Positions 26,601-40,300 of a stretch of DNA of 64,000 nucleotides are shown piece by piece (position 1 is the first letter of the stretch; each line of letters begins with the position of its first letter). The DNA is from Antedon mediterranea. Its lineage: Eukaryota > Animalia > Echinodermata. A model generated the notes under the pieces. It was not told where the DNA came from. It saw only the letters and a program-made list of their open reading frames with translations, and made no database searches. Position numbers and translations under genes: made by a program. The stretch lies in contig NC_092679.1 of assembly GCF_964355755.1 (NCBI RefSeq), positions 16,041,432-16,105,431 on the forward strand, written 5' to 3'.

Positions 26601-26827
26601 GTGAAAACAAATCGATTTGCTAAATCCTTTATTCCCTCCGGTATCATCCAGTACAACAGGAAGTCAAGAAGATAATTTTATATTGTAATTTTTTAGATGT
26701 TTTTATATGAATGGTTTTATGCTTTATTTGTTTTTATAGTGTTTTCTTTGTTTTATGACGAGCAATGAATTTCCTTTTTGAGGATCAATAAAAGTTATCT
26801 TATCTTATCTTATCTTATCTTAATCTT
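23637..26827 (+). mobile_element. Apparently full-length Rex1/Babar-like non-LTR retrotransposon
   Basis: Single APE+RT ORF, short 5' UTR beginning near GTGGCGCTGTG, and 3' UTR with AATTTCC...GGATCAATAAAAG followed by a (TATCT)n tail at 26795-26822. No TSD is evident; the 5' boundary is approximate. Confidence 0.88.
23718..26675 (+). CDS. AP-endonuclease/reverse transcriptase polyprotein (first in-frame ATG at 23763)
   Basis: APE motifs GNVRSL, FTET, DR, GGG, NGDFN, LDLCY, SDH. RT motifs KAAGPD, LRPVALTS, QFAYR, YFDFQSAFNTI, GVPQG, KFADD, KYLG. No stops over 985 codons. Confidence 0.95.
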   Translation: MDCIVLWKKSFDLYIMLYVKVLKFLYFLLIFWLFLLCGLSKPGGGIAYTSSDLHSMGERSTSPLPAHVELPSEIQRRRLRKRGKAGGVRKRLQRRKCKPFIPSLIFGNVRSLNNKVDLLRANVEHFSDFRNASLLAFTETHLSDKHSDQHIQEVGFKSVRGDRTAEANKDGGGGLCLYINEKYCHPNNSTLKLHKCSPHSEVLVVGIRPYYLPREFSHVINVMVYIPNKKLEKPAINEIAEIIEAIECSHPEALVIINGDFNRCKLKKTTATYYQHVTCKTRDNAILDLCYSSVKDAYISTPLPNLGKSDHNLILLSPKYRPLNKTCQPKIINVRKWSPEAEEALIAEFESTDWDIFTEDEDLNSITYAVSSYINFCIDKCVPVKKVKIYPNNKPWITKGVKLLLCEKRKAFKMGDSNRMKILTREIKSEIMKQKNIYRKKVEHNFRSNNMKQVWQGMKLMSGYTNGGNTPTSIPNVTVQYVNELNEFYNRFNVHDFKKEREALFSLCRVTEDDPKFSISISDVHNEFMKLNSSKAAGPDRIPPRVLKVCSPHLDGIFTFIFNMCLSYHAFPDIWKLSCIIPVPKKPKINSMNDLRPVALTSVAMKILERIILKIMQPYAEKVLDPLQFAYRSLRSTSDAIYFKLHKLYSHLDNVKKGHSARIMYFDFQSAFNTIQPHILADKMLNMEFPRPIVRLVLNFICDRKQFVNINGVKSEIVTSDTGVPQGTVNAPKLYSLYTADYRSLNDELCPVVKFADDTSTIGLIVSNNDENYLSEIQRFVKFCDDNYLQINASKTKEMIIDFRTKHKFNFQPITIKGKEIEIVDQHKYLGIVFNDKLSWGDHIDFISKKLSPRMYCMRTLYKFNSCDLMLLSFYRSVICSVWTYCLSCWAGNVTGGNKGRLETFIRRAGKMIGLELPSFTDVHLEHLQKDFERIESDASHPLHKVIIDQLNPSGRLRLLSVKTNRFAKSFIPSGIIQYNRKSRR

Positions 26828-28658
26828 TTCCTTGTGCAATATGTTCATATTTAGCATTTCGGTAGTTGTGGCTAACCAATTAAATACGACCATGAAATAT
26901 TAATCTTGTACTGCATAAATAAAAGAATTAGTTTCGAGTTTAAAAAAAGTTGGCATAATTTAAAATGTATAAACAAGAACAATAGTGGAACAATAAGAAA
27001 AAAAAATTTAATTTCTATGAAATATATTTAAAGTTTAATTTTAAATAAGTGTTTAGGATGTGTATTACGATATAAAAATGTATTTTTTTAATTGACTACA
27101 TTTAATGCCATGTTTTCTTCATTTTGGCATTATGTAGAAAAAACTTAAGATTTAGTTTGATTGAAGGGGTGGGTACAGTAAAGGAAATTAAAATTTGTAC
27201 GAACCAGTCATATTTCATCATTGAAAGCTCATTTCCTTTAACGATATTTTTGATGTCAGACAAACATGCACAATTGCCCCAGTCTCTCCAAGGGCCGTCT
27301 GAGGATTTAGAAATAGGGGTCACGTTGTGTGTCATATTAACAAGATTTGTACCAATTTAAGGAAACTGCGCATTTGTGTTCAGTTATTTGAATCTTTTGT
27401 ACTTTCTTCAGTGCTTTATTTCTGTATTTTAGATATAAATGAATTTGAAATTATAAAAAGTAGTTATTATCCTCCTTAAATTAATACTAAAGGATAAATC
27501 ATTTTCCTACAGATTAAAAAATTTGAAAAGTTTTTATCCCAACATATACTGTAAATTGACTTCATGATCAATAAAAACAATGAATCACATGATCTATTAT
27601 GTATCTATTAATTATCAATCATTATCGTCAGTGAGCCTTGGGCTCATCAAAATTACAATAATAAAACATTTACTATTGTAGGCCTACAGTACTATCACAT
27701 TTTAGGTTTTTTAAACGAATATATATATTGTCAAGCCATCAGAATGTTTAGTAGTAGTATTAGTAAAAAGGCATTGAAGCTTCTGAAAATTTATATTTGT
27801 TTAAAATATATCAAAATTAAATTGTAATCAGTTTAAAAAAAAAAGAAGGCATGAACATTTAGTCATTTGTCAAAAACCTGAAGATTTTAGGTCAAAAACA
27901 TTGAAATGCTAAATTTAGTTTTCGTGGGAAAATTCATAAAACTTTGATTTGTCCAAAACCAGATTATTTCAAACAATTTTAACAGGTGACCTCCTTGATA
28001 ATAGCAGGGTCGTTTTATCTGATTTAGATATTTAAAAAAAACGCTTTTGTTGCTTCTGTATTCACTCGGGATGAAGAATATAGACGTGAACTTGTGACCC
28101 TTTTTAAATAAATGTATATTGTGACCTTTTAATGGAAAAGTCACCGCTGACCAGCAGTGGTCGGCACTTTTATCCATCTTTGTAAGTACTGTATAATGAA
28201 TTTTTTCTTTGAAAATATTACAATTTTTTTTCACATACATATATTCATTAATATTTTTTTTTCACAATAACATTTTTTTCTGAAAATATTTATTTAAAAA
28301 AAAAGCTGTTTTTATCACATTCTTCACTTAATACCAATTATTGTATAGTTTTCTTTCATTTTTCTCTCATCTCATTTTATATATCATTTTTCTGAAATTG
28401 TTATTACTGTATCTCACAGATTTGTCTACTGAATCTCTTAAAGTTATTAAAAAAAAATATTCACCTTTTTTCAATTCGTTTGTATCACTTTCTAGAGTTT
28501 ATTTTTAAATCATTATCTTTTTTATAACCTACGTTTTAACCTTCATTTGACATGAAATGAAAAACTACTTGTTGATGTTTATTTTTGACAGATTATGCTT
28601 GTAGCAATCTCCTGGCTAAAAAAATATACCTGCCCCTGCTTTACCGCTAATATCCTAA

Positions 28659-29001
28659 AGCCTGTTTTCTACTAAACAATTCAATTTATTCGCCTGCATC
28701 ATTAGAATAAGTTTATACACATGCGTATGCAAATTTTCATCATTTCAAATCCTTTTTCTACAGTAGTTCTTTAACAGTTTCTACGTTCTGTGAAGCATTT
28801 TAAACCAATCAGATGTCATGAAATGATCAGTCATGCGTTCATGGCCACGCATACAATTCAAACAATTTGGCAGACACGTGATTGAAATAAAAATCACAGT
28901 TATTCCCTCTTGTAGTGGATGATAAAAAGGTAGCATAAATTTAGTTTCTGATGAAAAATTATGGGTTTGCGTGAATAATTTTGTCTATTGGAAAACAGGC
29001 T
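28659..29001. mobile_element. Harbinger-like MITE (diverged relative of 56599-56973)
   Basis: TAA|AGCCTGTTTTCTACTA ... TATTGGAAAACAGGCT|TAA. Confidence 0.65.
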
Positions 29002-30514
29002 TAACAGTTAATCTGTTTTAAAGATCATATGTTATATAAATAAACTTCATATAAATCTAAAACTATTATCTAGCCCTTCTTTATTCAAACTTTTTTTTTA
29101 TCTCTCTGATGAATCATGGTGGCTCAGGGGATACAAATCTCTTTAAAATGTTCTCAAAGTAGCTTCAGTTGCAGGCTAAAGGTATTATTAGCAAAGCATT
29201 AATGCAAATTACTGATGTGAACTTAATACCATCGGGATGGTAACCTTTCAGAGTCGGAAATATTTCAAAAAGCGTGGACTGTTAGAAAAATTTGTAATAA
29301 ATCAAATTACATTACAACGCATGAAGATCATTATGGATTGATCTTTACGTTTTCCGACTTTTCACCAAATTAATTTGCGAACAAAAATATATAATGTTTG
29401 TAATCTGGTATTGGAATACCATAATTATTAAAATAAAGATGATATTGCATATATATACAGTGAGGGATACTTTTTTTTTAGAATAGTGAAGTATATTTAA
29501 AAATAAAATTTAAAAAAATAAAATATTTAAAATATTCAATTGAATGTTATTGTAGACTAAAAATAGATAACCAGTAACTAATAGCTCAATTAGTGCATAT
29601 TAAATGTACTATAATTCAATTAAATTTAAGAAAACAGAAATATTTAAATATGAAGATTGAATTCAATATCAAAGGTAATTTGCAGCATCAATCATAATGA
29701 TTTGTTTGAGATTTCTATAAAGTCGTTTGTGTAATCCAACAAGCCCATGTATCTTCATATAAATCTTGTTAAGGAAATAACTGAAAGTTCATTAATATAA
29801 GATTGATAGATTTAGTAAAGTCTGTGTCAGCTACACCAGTAATTGGTCTGATATCCAGTGAACCTAGCAAAGAATATCAGCGCATCCTTGTTTCAATCAA
29901 TCGTTCGGGCGATTAGAACATTTTTCGGAGTTTCAGTTGGGGTAGTTTTATTTAAACCACGATGCTTTATGAAAATGATTGTGTGCATTTTTTTCCCCCT
30001 CAACGGTTGTTTTTATTTCAGTATGACATGAATACAGAAAAAGTTTACATAATAGACAATAAAGCAACTATAATCATATTGAGGATCTATACTAGAAGAA
30101 TATATTATTCTTGTTATTCTTGTCACATATAAGACCCTTTTCAAACTTTTGGTATTGAATATTTTGAGCAAGAGCAGTTAATTCTGTTCAGGCCTACACC
30201 TTTTGCTTGCAAGATTGTGCTTGATATAACGTGCCGATTAAATATTATTATTATTATATTATGGGCCTGTTTATAATGTAATGAAAATGTTCTAAACTGG
30301 TTTTGCCAGTTTGAGGATCAATCGATCAAGTACGATAGTCTACCTTCTCATCAAAACTAAACTCACAAGAGTCAAATAATCATCATCTGTGATCCCTCTA
30401 GTTAAAAGAGTCCAGCGCTTTTTATTTGATAGGCATCAGAAGATATAGCATTCTGCATTATATAGTATAGGAGCCATATGATGCATCATTTCATTTATTC
30501 AAAACTTAATTTAA

Positions 30515-30661
30515 ACCTTGCCTACACTATCCAACTTTATGTGACAACAAATATATGGACATGATAATGACATATCACTACCATATTTGGGAATATCACT
30601 ACCATATTTGGGCACATCACACTTGTTTTGTCAAACTAGTTTGATTGGTGTAGACAGACCT
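30515..30661. mobile_element. MITE family A copy
   Basis: TIRs plus two internal ATATCACTACCATATTTGGG units. Confidence 0.8.
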
Positions 30662-32289
30662 TTATATTGTAATTAAAATATTCTGTTCTTATTATTTTAT
30701 TTTAGTTGTTCTTTTCTTCAACATTCTATACTAATGTATGTAATCCCATTTCCAAGAATTTTTCAAATGTTAATGTATTTCTTAATTTAGATTTTCAGGA
30801 GTACCGCAATAATTATTTCTCTGTGGAACACACAACATTTTAACGTTTATGTACTGAAATATCATTTTGATTTAAGAATTCTGGCTTTACGTATATCTAT
30901 ATTCTTTTTATATGTTTCAGAAAAAAATATTAGAATGTTCAAAATCCTCTACTCTGACTGTTGTACTCGAATACATAAAGAAGACTATATGATGATTTGA
31001 TATTGTTAAATGTAAAATTTATATAGGTCACAAATTTATGCCATTGTAAAAATATCGCAGAGCAAACGGCCCTAAAAACTGAAAAGAATAAAAGCGTATA
31101 ATCACGTTAAGCAAGAGCAAGCTTTTAACTCACTTACGCTAGGTTCAATTTGACGTCGCAACATTTCAAGCCTAAAGTGCATGATCTTTTGTTTGCTAGT
31201 TCAAAGAATCTTGGGCCTAACTTTTGAGACCTGATTGAACCCAAAGTAGTTTCACTTATTAAAAGTACTCTATTTATTTATTTCTATAAATCTTTTGTTT
31301 CCCGAAGACAAACTAAATGCATTTTGCTAGAGTTATACATAATTCAAGAAATTTCACTTTACGCTAAAATGTAAATTTACGATCTAACTATTTCGCAGTT
31401 GTTTGTAGAGATTTGCAATTTGTGGTGCATGAACTTGCAAGGATTCACAATTTCAGGAATTGTATATACTTGTACTACAGACTATAAAATATCCATAAAA
31501 TATGAGATAGAGATTCAAAAAGAAAAATAAGAATATAAAAAGGTAAATTTTAATTAATTTAATGGAAAGGAGTATTAAAAAATATAGACCTATTTAAAAG
31601 TAATAATTAATAATTTTATACAAAAAATGAAAGCCTCAAACATGGATGATACAAATTAATACACCAAAAGATAATAAATAACAATAATCTTAAATAAGGA
31701 TTTCGCAAATAAAAAAAAATTTAACAGGGTTATTTAGGCCTATATATTAAAATACAGACAGGCACAGTAATTTGCTTATGGAGAAATCACCATTAACATA
31801 CATAGTATTTTATAAATATCTGAAACCATTTAAGAACAGGATGTGGCACAAACCAATGTAGCCTGGACAAACTGTTTATTGTGATTGCCAAGGAAATTAT
31901 ATTTATTAAAATACAATAGTCAAAAATAAAAAGTGTACTTTAAATAAGATAAGTAACCTATCTTTTTTAACCTGGATTAATTTGATTTATTTGCATCTCA
32001 TTGAAAAATAGGCCTACATGTTAACTTAATGGATATTTCCAACCAAAAAAAAAAACAAATCACAAGCCAAAGCAACAATAAAGTTTAAAATATATATAAC
32101 CTGACTACGAGTCTATTTTCTATGATTAAAAGGATTTAATACAAAGTAAATACATTAGAATCCTTATAATTCAATCATGTTACAATTAACAAATTTATGC
32201 AACTACAAGTGTATTTATATCTTCAAGTTCCTGTGGTTAAATTTACCACTTTTTATAAGTCCAGTGTGAACAAGGCTTAAAGATTATAA

Positions 32290-32430
32290 AGCTTAGTTCC
32301 CACTAGAAAACGCAAGGAACACAATCGGGTGGACCAATGACAAGTGACAGATAATCCATCGCTTGTTATTGGTTAAATCACTTATGTTGCAATTGCGTCC
32401 TTGCATTGGGTCTCCAGTGGGAACCAATCT
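32290..32430. mobile_element. Harbinger-like MITE
   Basis: TAA|AGCTTAGTTCCCACTAG ... CCAGTGGGAACCAATCT|TAA. Confidence 0.7.
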
Positions 32431-34261
32431 TAAACCATTTAGAGAAATCTGTTCATGGTTGTTTGTGTAATGAAATAAATCTTTTTATGAGTTCTAGAAG
32501 TGAAGATGTTTTTACAAAAATAGTTACAGTAGTATATCATTTTTAGAACTACAGTATACACACGGTTTCTTAATTACATAAATTCTGAAAACATAATAAA
32601 TAAACTCTAATAAAAGAAAATGTCATTGCAGTTAATAGTATTCGGAAATTTATTTTTAGATGATATTGAGATATATTTATTAACTAATAGTTATAATCTT
32701 GTTATGTTTTTGTCGATATTAACGTCTTAATCGGTGCATGACTAGATTATATGCTCAATGCGTTAATTCCTGCAAATGTAGTAAACAATACGTAAGCTTA
32801 CTATGTTATAAGACTGGTTGGATTTTAATCGGCAACACCATCTCTGCAGGTGTAAGGAAAAAAAGCTAGCATTTTCTCTTTTCATTTGATGTTTTTCAAT
32901 CATGTTTTGATTCTAATGTCAAAATCTTTCTAACATGAGTCCAAGTAATATCAATGCACTCCGCAGACGTGTGAACAAATTTAGTCATCATGATGAATAT
33001 GTCAAGCCAGTGTATTTATTTCTTTTAATACTTGCAAAACATTTACAAAGTTACTTGCCTTTTATGTGTGCTGTTTTAATTGTTTGATCTTTTTTTACAA
33101 TTTAAATATTTTTTATGTCATTCAATTGTCTTGTTGATTTTTAACTTATTTTTATAATTTTTGTATGGAATAGTGCAATGTATTTTTTCATGTTCTGGAC
33201 CCCAATGGATTTAACGACCCATTCCCTACAATTTTATATTAGTATATTTGTTTACATTGGATTAATTTGTGACCTTAAATTAGATCTAAAAAACGTAGGG
33301 AATGGGACATTAAAAAGTATTTTACTTTTTAGGATATCCTTTTAACTTGAGTCTTATCATGGACCTATAAATTAAATCAATAAATAAATTAGATAAATAA
33401 ATGAATTAGATAGATAAATATAAAATTACTTACCTAAATTGTTTGTTCTATGTGACTAAAATTATTATTACTAATTAATTTATGTTTGATTAAAAACTAT
33501 AAACAATTATATCGCTACAAATTTCGTCCTTTGCTCCCGAATCAATTTCTTAGCATTTAGTCTCGGTTTTTTTTTCCGCATTTGTCATAAATCATTTTCT
33601 ATTACTTAGGTTGTCAGAACTCATAACATTTGAACATATATTGATGTACCGTACACTGAATATGACTCGGTAGTTAGTGTAACGATGCTATAAATCAAAT
33701 GCTTTGCCATGGCACATACATAATGTTATTGTGTACCTTGTTTTTGTAATTAATTTTTTTTTTCATGAATGAATTAGACTTGAAATTCAATCAATCATAC
33801 TAATTTTCATGTTTATTAAATTCATAAATTTGTCTATAATACATTATGTTGTAAAAAGATCGGATCTTTACTTTCACAACTTACTCGGAGTTCTCAACTT
33901 GCTATAATTAATTTCAGTAGTTTAGAAAATTCCAGTCATTTTTATGAACATATTTCTAAGCATAGAGTTACCTCCATGTTCTTAATGTGCGCAAAATAAT
34001 TTTCCAACTTGAAAATTGCATAGTTAATTTGCGGATCATGAAAACGAAAAGCCACCACAAATGTGTTTTGACAACTCTCTGTTCGAGAAAACCTGGAACA
34101 ACGGTTTCACGATGTGTGGATTTGTCCATAATTATTGTGTTTTACTGGGAGTTTTTAGTCCAAATCATAATTGTGCGTTAGTTTGTATGTATTTGCATAG
34201 TATTTTCCATTGGACTGGCATGTAAATGGGGATGGGGGAGATGTAAATGTAAATGGGGGAA

Positions 34262-34590
34262 TAACCTGTGACTTGCAGCCTTCTGGGCTGAATTGCGCAC
34301 AGGTGTGTACGACACAGTACCACAAATTTCTACTCTCCTAATGGTCCATTCGTGATGAGTGCTGCCACCAAACGGGACCCGTAAAAGGCATGAGTGCAAA
34401 TCCTTGTAGCTTTATGCTTTCAGTACCTTATCCTTCAGATGCGACTTATAAGCTGTTGGTCGTGTATATGTACACTAAATGCGCATGATATAAAAAGTTG
34501 ATTATGGTAGGCACTGGCTGGCAGCCTTGGATTTTGGATTTTGTAGAGGGTCTCATCAACTTAGGTCAAAGGTTAAACTGAGTACCATTA
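34262..34590. repeat. Dispersed SINE-like repeat
   Basis: GACTTGCAGCCTTCTGGGCTGAATTGCGCACAGGTGTG is the reverse complement of 57735-57773. Confidence 0.6.
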
Positions 34591-35507
34591 TCTATACATT
34601 TACATTTTAAAAATAAACACTTCTATCTTAGAATTTTCTGTCTACTACACCCACATTAAATTTTACAGATGTTTGGTTTTAAATTTGGAATTTTATCATC
34701 TGATTTTGGGATCATTAAGTGATAATAACCATTTAAAAATGGCCGATGAAGATTACAATTCAATCGCTGGACCTTGTTTCACATTCCAACAGAAATTCTG
34801 AAAATATTTTGATGGTTAACTTATGATATGATATTGATTAACAATTTTGGCCAATTATAAAACTCTTTAAATATTGTAAAATTCTCTAAAAACAGGTAGT
34901 ACCACATACAACCTGAATTTTAATATATTGTTTTTGTCTTTTTTTGGTATTATATCTGATTTTTACCTTTTACTATAAAAGTTTGGCGAATGAAAATACA
35001 CTCTGAATCTTAAATTCATACGTAGTCTATATAACTGGCTTTTTTGTTTGTTTCGGTTAGAAATTTAATTAGACACACTAGCTCACAAGTAATTTATTTC
35101 TTTAAAGCTTTTCAAGAATCAGTTTTACATAAATGAAACCCAGTAGTGCTGTTAGTTAATAAATTACTATTAACCAATTAGGATAGTAGATTTTAAATTA
35201 ATACTGTAAATTATAGTACCTAAAGAAACCATTAAATAATCGTTTCTGTGAAACTTACCTTGTGGCTGATTTTAATTAAAATAGTATCACTGAATAAATC
35301 ACTTTACTGTGTATTTTTTTATTAGCGCGAGTAAAATAAATTAAAAAGGATCACTGCTTAAATTTACATAATACAGAAGTAGAAATAACCACATTTTAGA
35401 TAGTGCTACAGTGTGTTTATTATTGTGAACTTTTAAGTTAGGAGAAATGTTCAGGACCCTTTGGAGTGTCCCTTGGCTGTAGTGCTAAAACCGTATATTA
35501 ACTTTAA

Positions 35508-35855
35508 AGATGTATTGTCCCTCAAAAACATGAAAAATTAAGATTAATTAAATCAGACTTTGAATAAGTTATTTTGTAGTATTAATAAAGTTAATCACTT
35601 TCATAGAAAAAAAAAAAGAAAAAAATATAATGTTTTCACCTATAAATTGACATACCGTAATAAATGGTTAAATTCAACCAACAACTGGAAGCCAATTTGG
35701 CCATTTTTTGCTTTAAATTACAGTTTTTTCAGGTAAATACATTTTTTTTTTCGAACCAATTTTTGGTAAAAGTGAATAACTATTATGTTACATTAAAATA
35801 GCATTTTCAACAAAAATTTTGTTAAGAATTATTTTTTCAGGGGGACAATACATCT
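35508..35855. mobile_element. Kolobok-like non-autonomous element (TTAA TSD)
   Basis: TTAA|AGATGTATTGTCCCC ... GGGGACAATACATCT|TTAA. A truncated copy starts at 39716. Confidence 0.8.
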
Positions 35856-37296
35856 TTAACTTTTTGTATCTGTGTAACTACTGTATGACTATATTTTGTA
35901 AACATTTTGTATGGGTCGTACCTCTTGTTACGAGAGTGTTCCTTTGTTTTAAAGGAGAGTAACCGGAGAGTAACCAATAAATATTATTATGTCTTCTTTG
36001 ATTAAAGTAAAAGTTTATCCTAATAGTGTCTCCTGAATAGGATTGTCACCTTAATAGGGGTGTCACCTTAAGAAGGGTGCCACGTGAATAGGGGTGTTCA
36101 AAAAGAAGATGTTATTATTTTTGTTACTTTTAAAGAATGTTCATATAAATATTACAATTTTTTGTTTCTTATGGTATTTGCACCAATAAAGAAATTGAAT
36201 TGAATTGAATATGGAATACTTGATATATTTTTTATAGAGAATTTCATGTTTCAATCTTTTTATTTATTGAGGCTTCCATAATGATTTTAAAACTAAATGT
36301 TCTTTACCTCAGTATTATTTATTGAGGCTAAATCATATGATTTAGCCTCATATAATATTATGAGAGTCCAGCTGCGATATTATACGCAATATCATTTCGC
36401 ATGTTATAAGATGCTGTACAAACTAATATGTTTTTGTTAGATCATGTGAGTCAATCTATATTGAGTTGAGTGGTTTATGTTAGATCCAATTCTGTGTACT
36501 TAATAGAAAGCTATTTCTAGATGTTAATGATAATTGTTATATTGCCAAACTGAGTAGACCAACTTGTGGTTGATTAACGGAAATACAAGATTTAGAAAAA
36601 AAAGAAGAAAAAATGTTAGTGCTTAGTAGGTTTTCACTTGTTAATTCTGGAAAATAGTCAATATTGTTTTTTTAATCAGGGAAATGTAAAATACATCTTC
36701 CTGTTTTAATACAGTAAGAACCTCTTGTTTGGGATATCTGTTCAGGAGGAAACCTCATTCGATGGACACCCATGTGACATTTCTTTGGGTCCTGGAGGTG
36801 TCCTCTTATTCTTAATACCATTATAATGGTATTAATAATAATTTTTTTAAATAAAGATTTTTATTTTTAAAATTTTATTTCAAATAAATATACACTAAAA
36901 ACTTGAAAATGTTTTGATTTGTCTGATTTAAGTGACTAAATAAAGTAACTCAATAACCTCAATGGCAGCAAAAAGCACTAATACTTTTATTTATTGTTTT
37001 AATTAGATAGATTCTCAGAATAGCAGATACCCTTTGATTGAATGTTGAGATGCCATTTAACTCCTATTCAAAATGACGTTTTTATAAATAATAATTTGTT
37101 TGACCTTTTAGTAAATGATGATGTGGGCTAACCTTTTTTTTTTTGCTTCCACGAATGCTTTCATCTATCAATTTGCATTAAAATGATTTCAATTTTAGGG
37201 TGATGTTTAGGGGGATGGTGAGCTGATATTAGCTGATGTTATACTGTAGTATATTGCTATATTTTTTAAATAAGAGGGTTTTTTTGTATTTTACAG

Positions 37297-37368
37297 ATTT
37301 TTGACAAATATCAGTCTTACAAGTATTAATTCTGGCGACTTTACCAATATGTCAAAGTTGAAAGCATT
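37297..37368 (+). CDS. LGR LRR exon (72 bp): FLTNISLTSINSGDFTNMSKLKA
   Basis: ttttacAG / GTaagt boundaries; LRR consensus. Confidence 0.88.
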
Positions 37369-40300
37369 GTAAGTATTAATAGTGAAAACATTTTCATTTT
37401 GAGATATTGAGATATAGTTAATAAACTATAATGAACTATGTCTCAACATTTTTTACGAAGAAATATAATGCTAATAATAATAATAAAATTGCTATGATAA
37501 ATATTAATAAATACTGACCAGTAATAATGATTATGATGACAATAGGTATGGTGATGAATAATTAAAATAGTGTTGATGATGATAAAAGAAAATACCTATA
37601 GATGGTGTTCTGTGCAGTAACTATATATTATGATGACATCAAATTATGTGGGCAGTAGTTGATCTTGTGGGAGAAGTAAGTACATGATAAATCAGTGGTT
37701 GTTGAAATGTTCACAATTGTAGGTGGTTTCATCAAGGCAATCTAACAACACATTTAGCTCCCAGTTAGCCAACACTCAGCTCTCCTTACAAGATAGGAAC
37801 TCTTAGAAGTCCTTTGATCTTATGTCTGGCTGCGACAAATACCAACAGTACTGTACTATGTACATATTCTCCGTGGTGCGGCGGATATGGAACTAATCGT
37901 GTCGCAGCCACAGATAAATCCTTTCCTAATCTTCAGAGCTCAGCATCCTGTTTTTAGATTGCCTTGGTTTCATTAGTTTGGTTTGTTGTACAATATCAGT
38001 GGTGTTGATGAATGTTAATGATGTCATAAATATTGACTGTGATGTCTACAGACCTGTTGTTGTCTACACATTTCTTTTACCATATTAAAAGTGCAAGCAC
38101 TGACCTTACTCTACTACTGTACTACCACTGCTCTGACCACAACCACTACAGCTAATAATAGTAACATTAAGGGTATGTTCAGATCCATGGAGTTATGCTT
38201 TCGTATCGCAAGCAATGTTATATTATAATTAGCGTCGTAACAGTGTTCAGATTTGCCTAGTTAAGACTTTCGTTTCAAACTAATTGTCACCGATTTGGGT
38301 GAAGATCTGGTATGCAGGAGTAAATTTGATTGGTAACAGGTCAAAATTGTTGATGCATGACTTTCGTATCGTAAGCGGCGTCCACTAATCTTGTACCTTG
38401 AGCTGTCGTAACGAACGAAAGAGTAGTGTCGTACGAGGTGGCTTCCACTAATCTTTTCTTAGTTCAGACCTATGGAGTTGTACAGCGCGTACAATACAAA
38501 AGCATAACTCCGTAGGTCTGAACAGGCCCTAAATCATCTTAGACCTTTATGGTATTTTATAACAAGTTTTATAAAGAAATTTGTTGACTATCTGAAAGAT
38601 CAATCAAAATGATAAAATACAATTTTATATGTCAATTTTTATAGATATTATGGATGTTCGTACGTCTTTATTTATGTTTATTTTCCTTCCTATTTAAATT
38701 TTAATCTAATTTTACAACATAGATTGCAGATTATAACAATCACCATGTCAAAACTTGCTTCATCCAATTTTCTTTTTTAGCCTTTAGCTAAATATCTGTA
38801 CCTCCTGTTTAGTTTGTATATGTCACATATTTTTAAATAGTGTGTTAAAACAGGTGTAAAGTATGTCCTAAATAATCACTTTAGACACACACAATAGGTC
38901 AAATAGTCAACTTTGTAGTAAATATTAACCATGCTTGTTTTTATACTTATCACAGTTTAATTTTCAATTCAAAAATTAACCTGTACTGTACAATTTTTTT
39001 ATTACAAAATATTAAGACCTTTTTAGTTTTATTTACTGCACAGTATAAGTTTTTAAATTTTGCTGATATTTATTTCAGTATGCTTTCTTTAGAGGGCGCT
39101 ATTCTAGTTTGGAACTAAATGCACAATAAATTATACATTTCAATTGACTATTTTTGCAAAATCTTATATAAATTGTTTAGCAGAATAAATGGTTTATGCT
39201 ACTGAGAGGAGAGGGACATGCTACTGAGAGGAGGGAAACTTCCTACTGAGAGGATCACTTTTGTAGTGAAAATGTTTTATGATTGAATTTATTATACTAC
39301 TGTGTTAAATCACATCCTTTTCTGCTGGTCAGTTATGACAATACTTGATTCACTTCCTTTGGTCAATTGATGGTCACTCAATGGTCACTTTCATATTTTT
39401 TAATATGAAAATCTATACAGGTACTATATTTTTTCTAAATTTGAACTAATTTATTCTGACACACTTTGAAATCTTTTAAATTACACTGGTCAATAATCCT
39501 CTGGTCAGTTTAAAGGCTTTCCTTTGGTCAATTTAAAGACTTAAATTTAGCAATTCTGTGGTATTTTGATTCCCGCTGAGACTAGGTAATTATTTCGCTA
39601 TCTTTAGATTTTGTTTTAACTTATTACCTTATTACAGATGTATGTTACATTTTTGTCTGAAAAATTGAGTAAAAGGTCAATTTATATAGAGTGGTTTCAA
39701 ATTTCGTAATGTTAAAGATGTATTGTCCCCCAAAAACATAGAAAATGAAGATTGATAAAATCAGATTTTGAATAGGCCATTTTGTAGTTTTAAGTTCACT
39801 TCCGCAGAAAAAAAAAAAAAAAAAAATGTTTTCATACCGTTTAAAGACAACAAAAATGATTGCAATAAGCTTATAGTAAGTAAATGTACATAAAAGGCAG
39901 TTTGTCACCTTAAATTAAATTTTTTTAAAGGTAGGGAATGGGTCGTGTAATTATTTTCTGACTGTGGATTGGTGGAATTTATAATCTTAGAGTCTGTCAT
40001 GTTTTTAAAATATATAATCATTGTTGTCCACCTTATTTATGCAATCGTTTTATTAGAATTTCAGACAGTCATAATCACAATACTAGGGGATGCAATTTTA
40101 ATTTTAGAATCCCAACTATCAAGCCAATGGCACATGTGACCTTTTTTTACAATGCTATTAAAGAATGGAATAATTTACCAATTAACATTAAGGAATCACA
40201 AACTGTTTTGTGTTTTAAAAGTAAAGTTAAAAAGTATCTACAGGAACGTTCACTAGCTCTAGAAACTATTTAATATTAATAAGCGCTTCTTCTTTTTTCG

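Noticed and set aside
37816-37920. Pre-miRNA-like hairpin
   Set aside because: Only the ~20-bp ends pair, which fits a small decayed TIR element better; no expression evidence.
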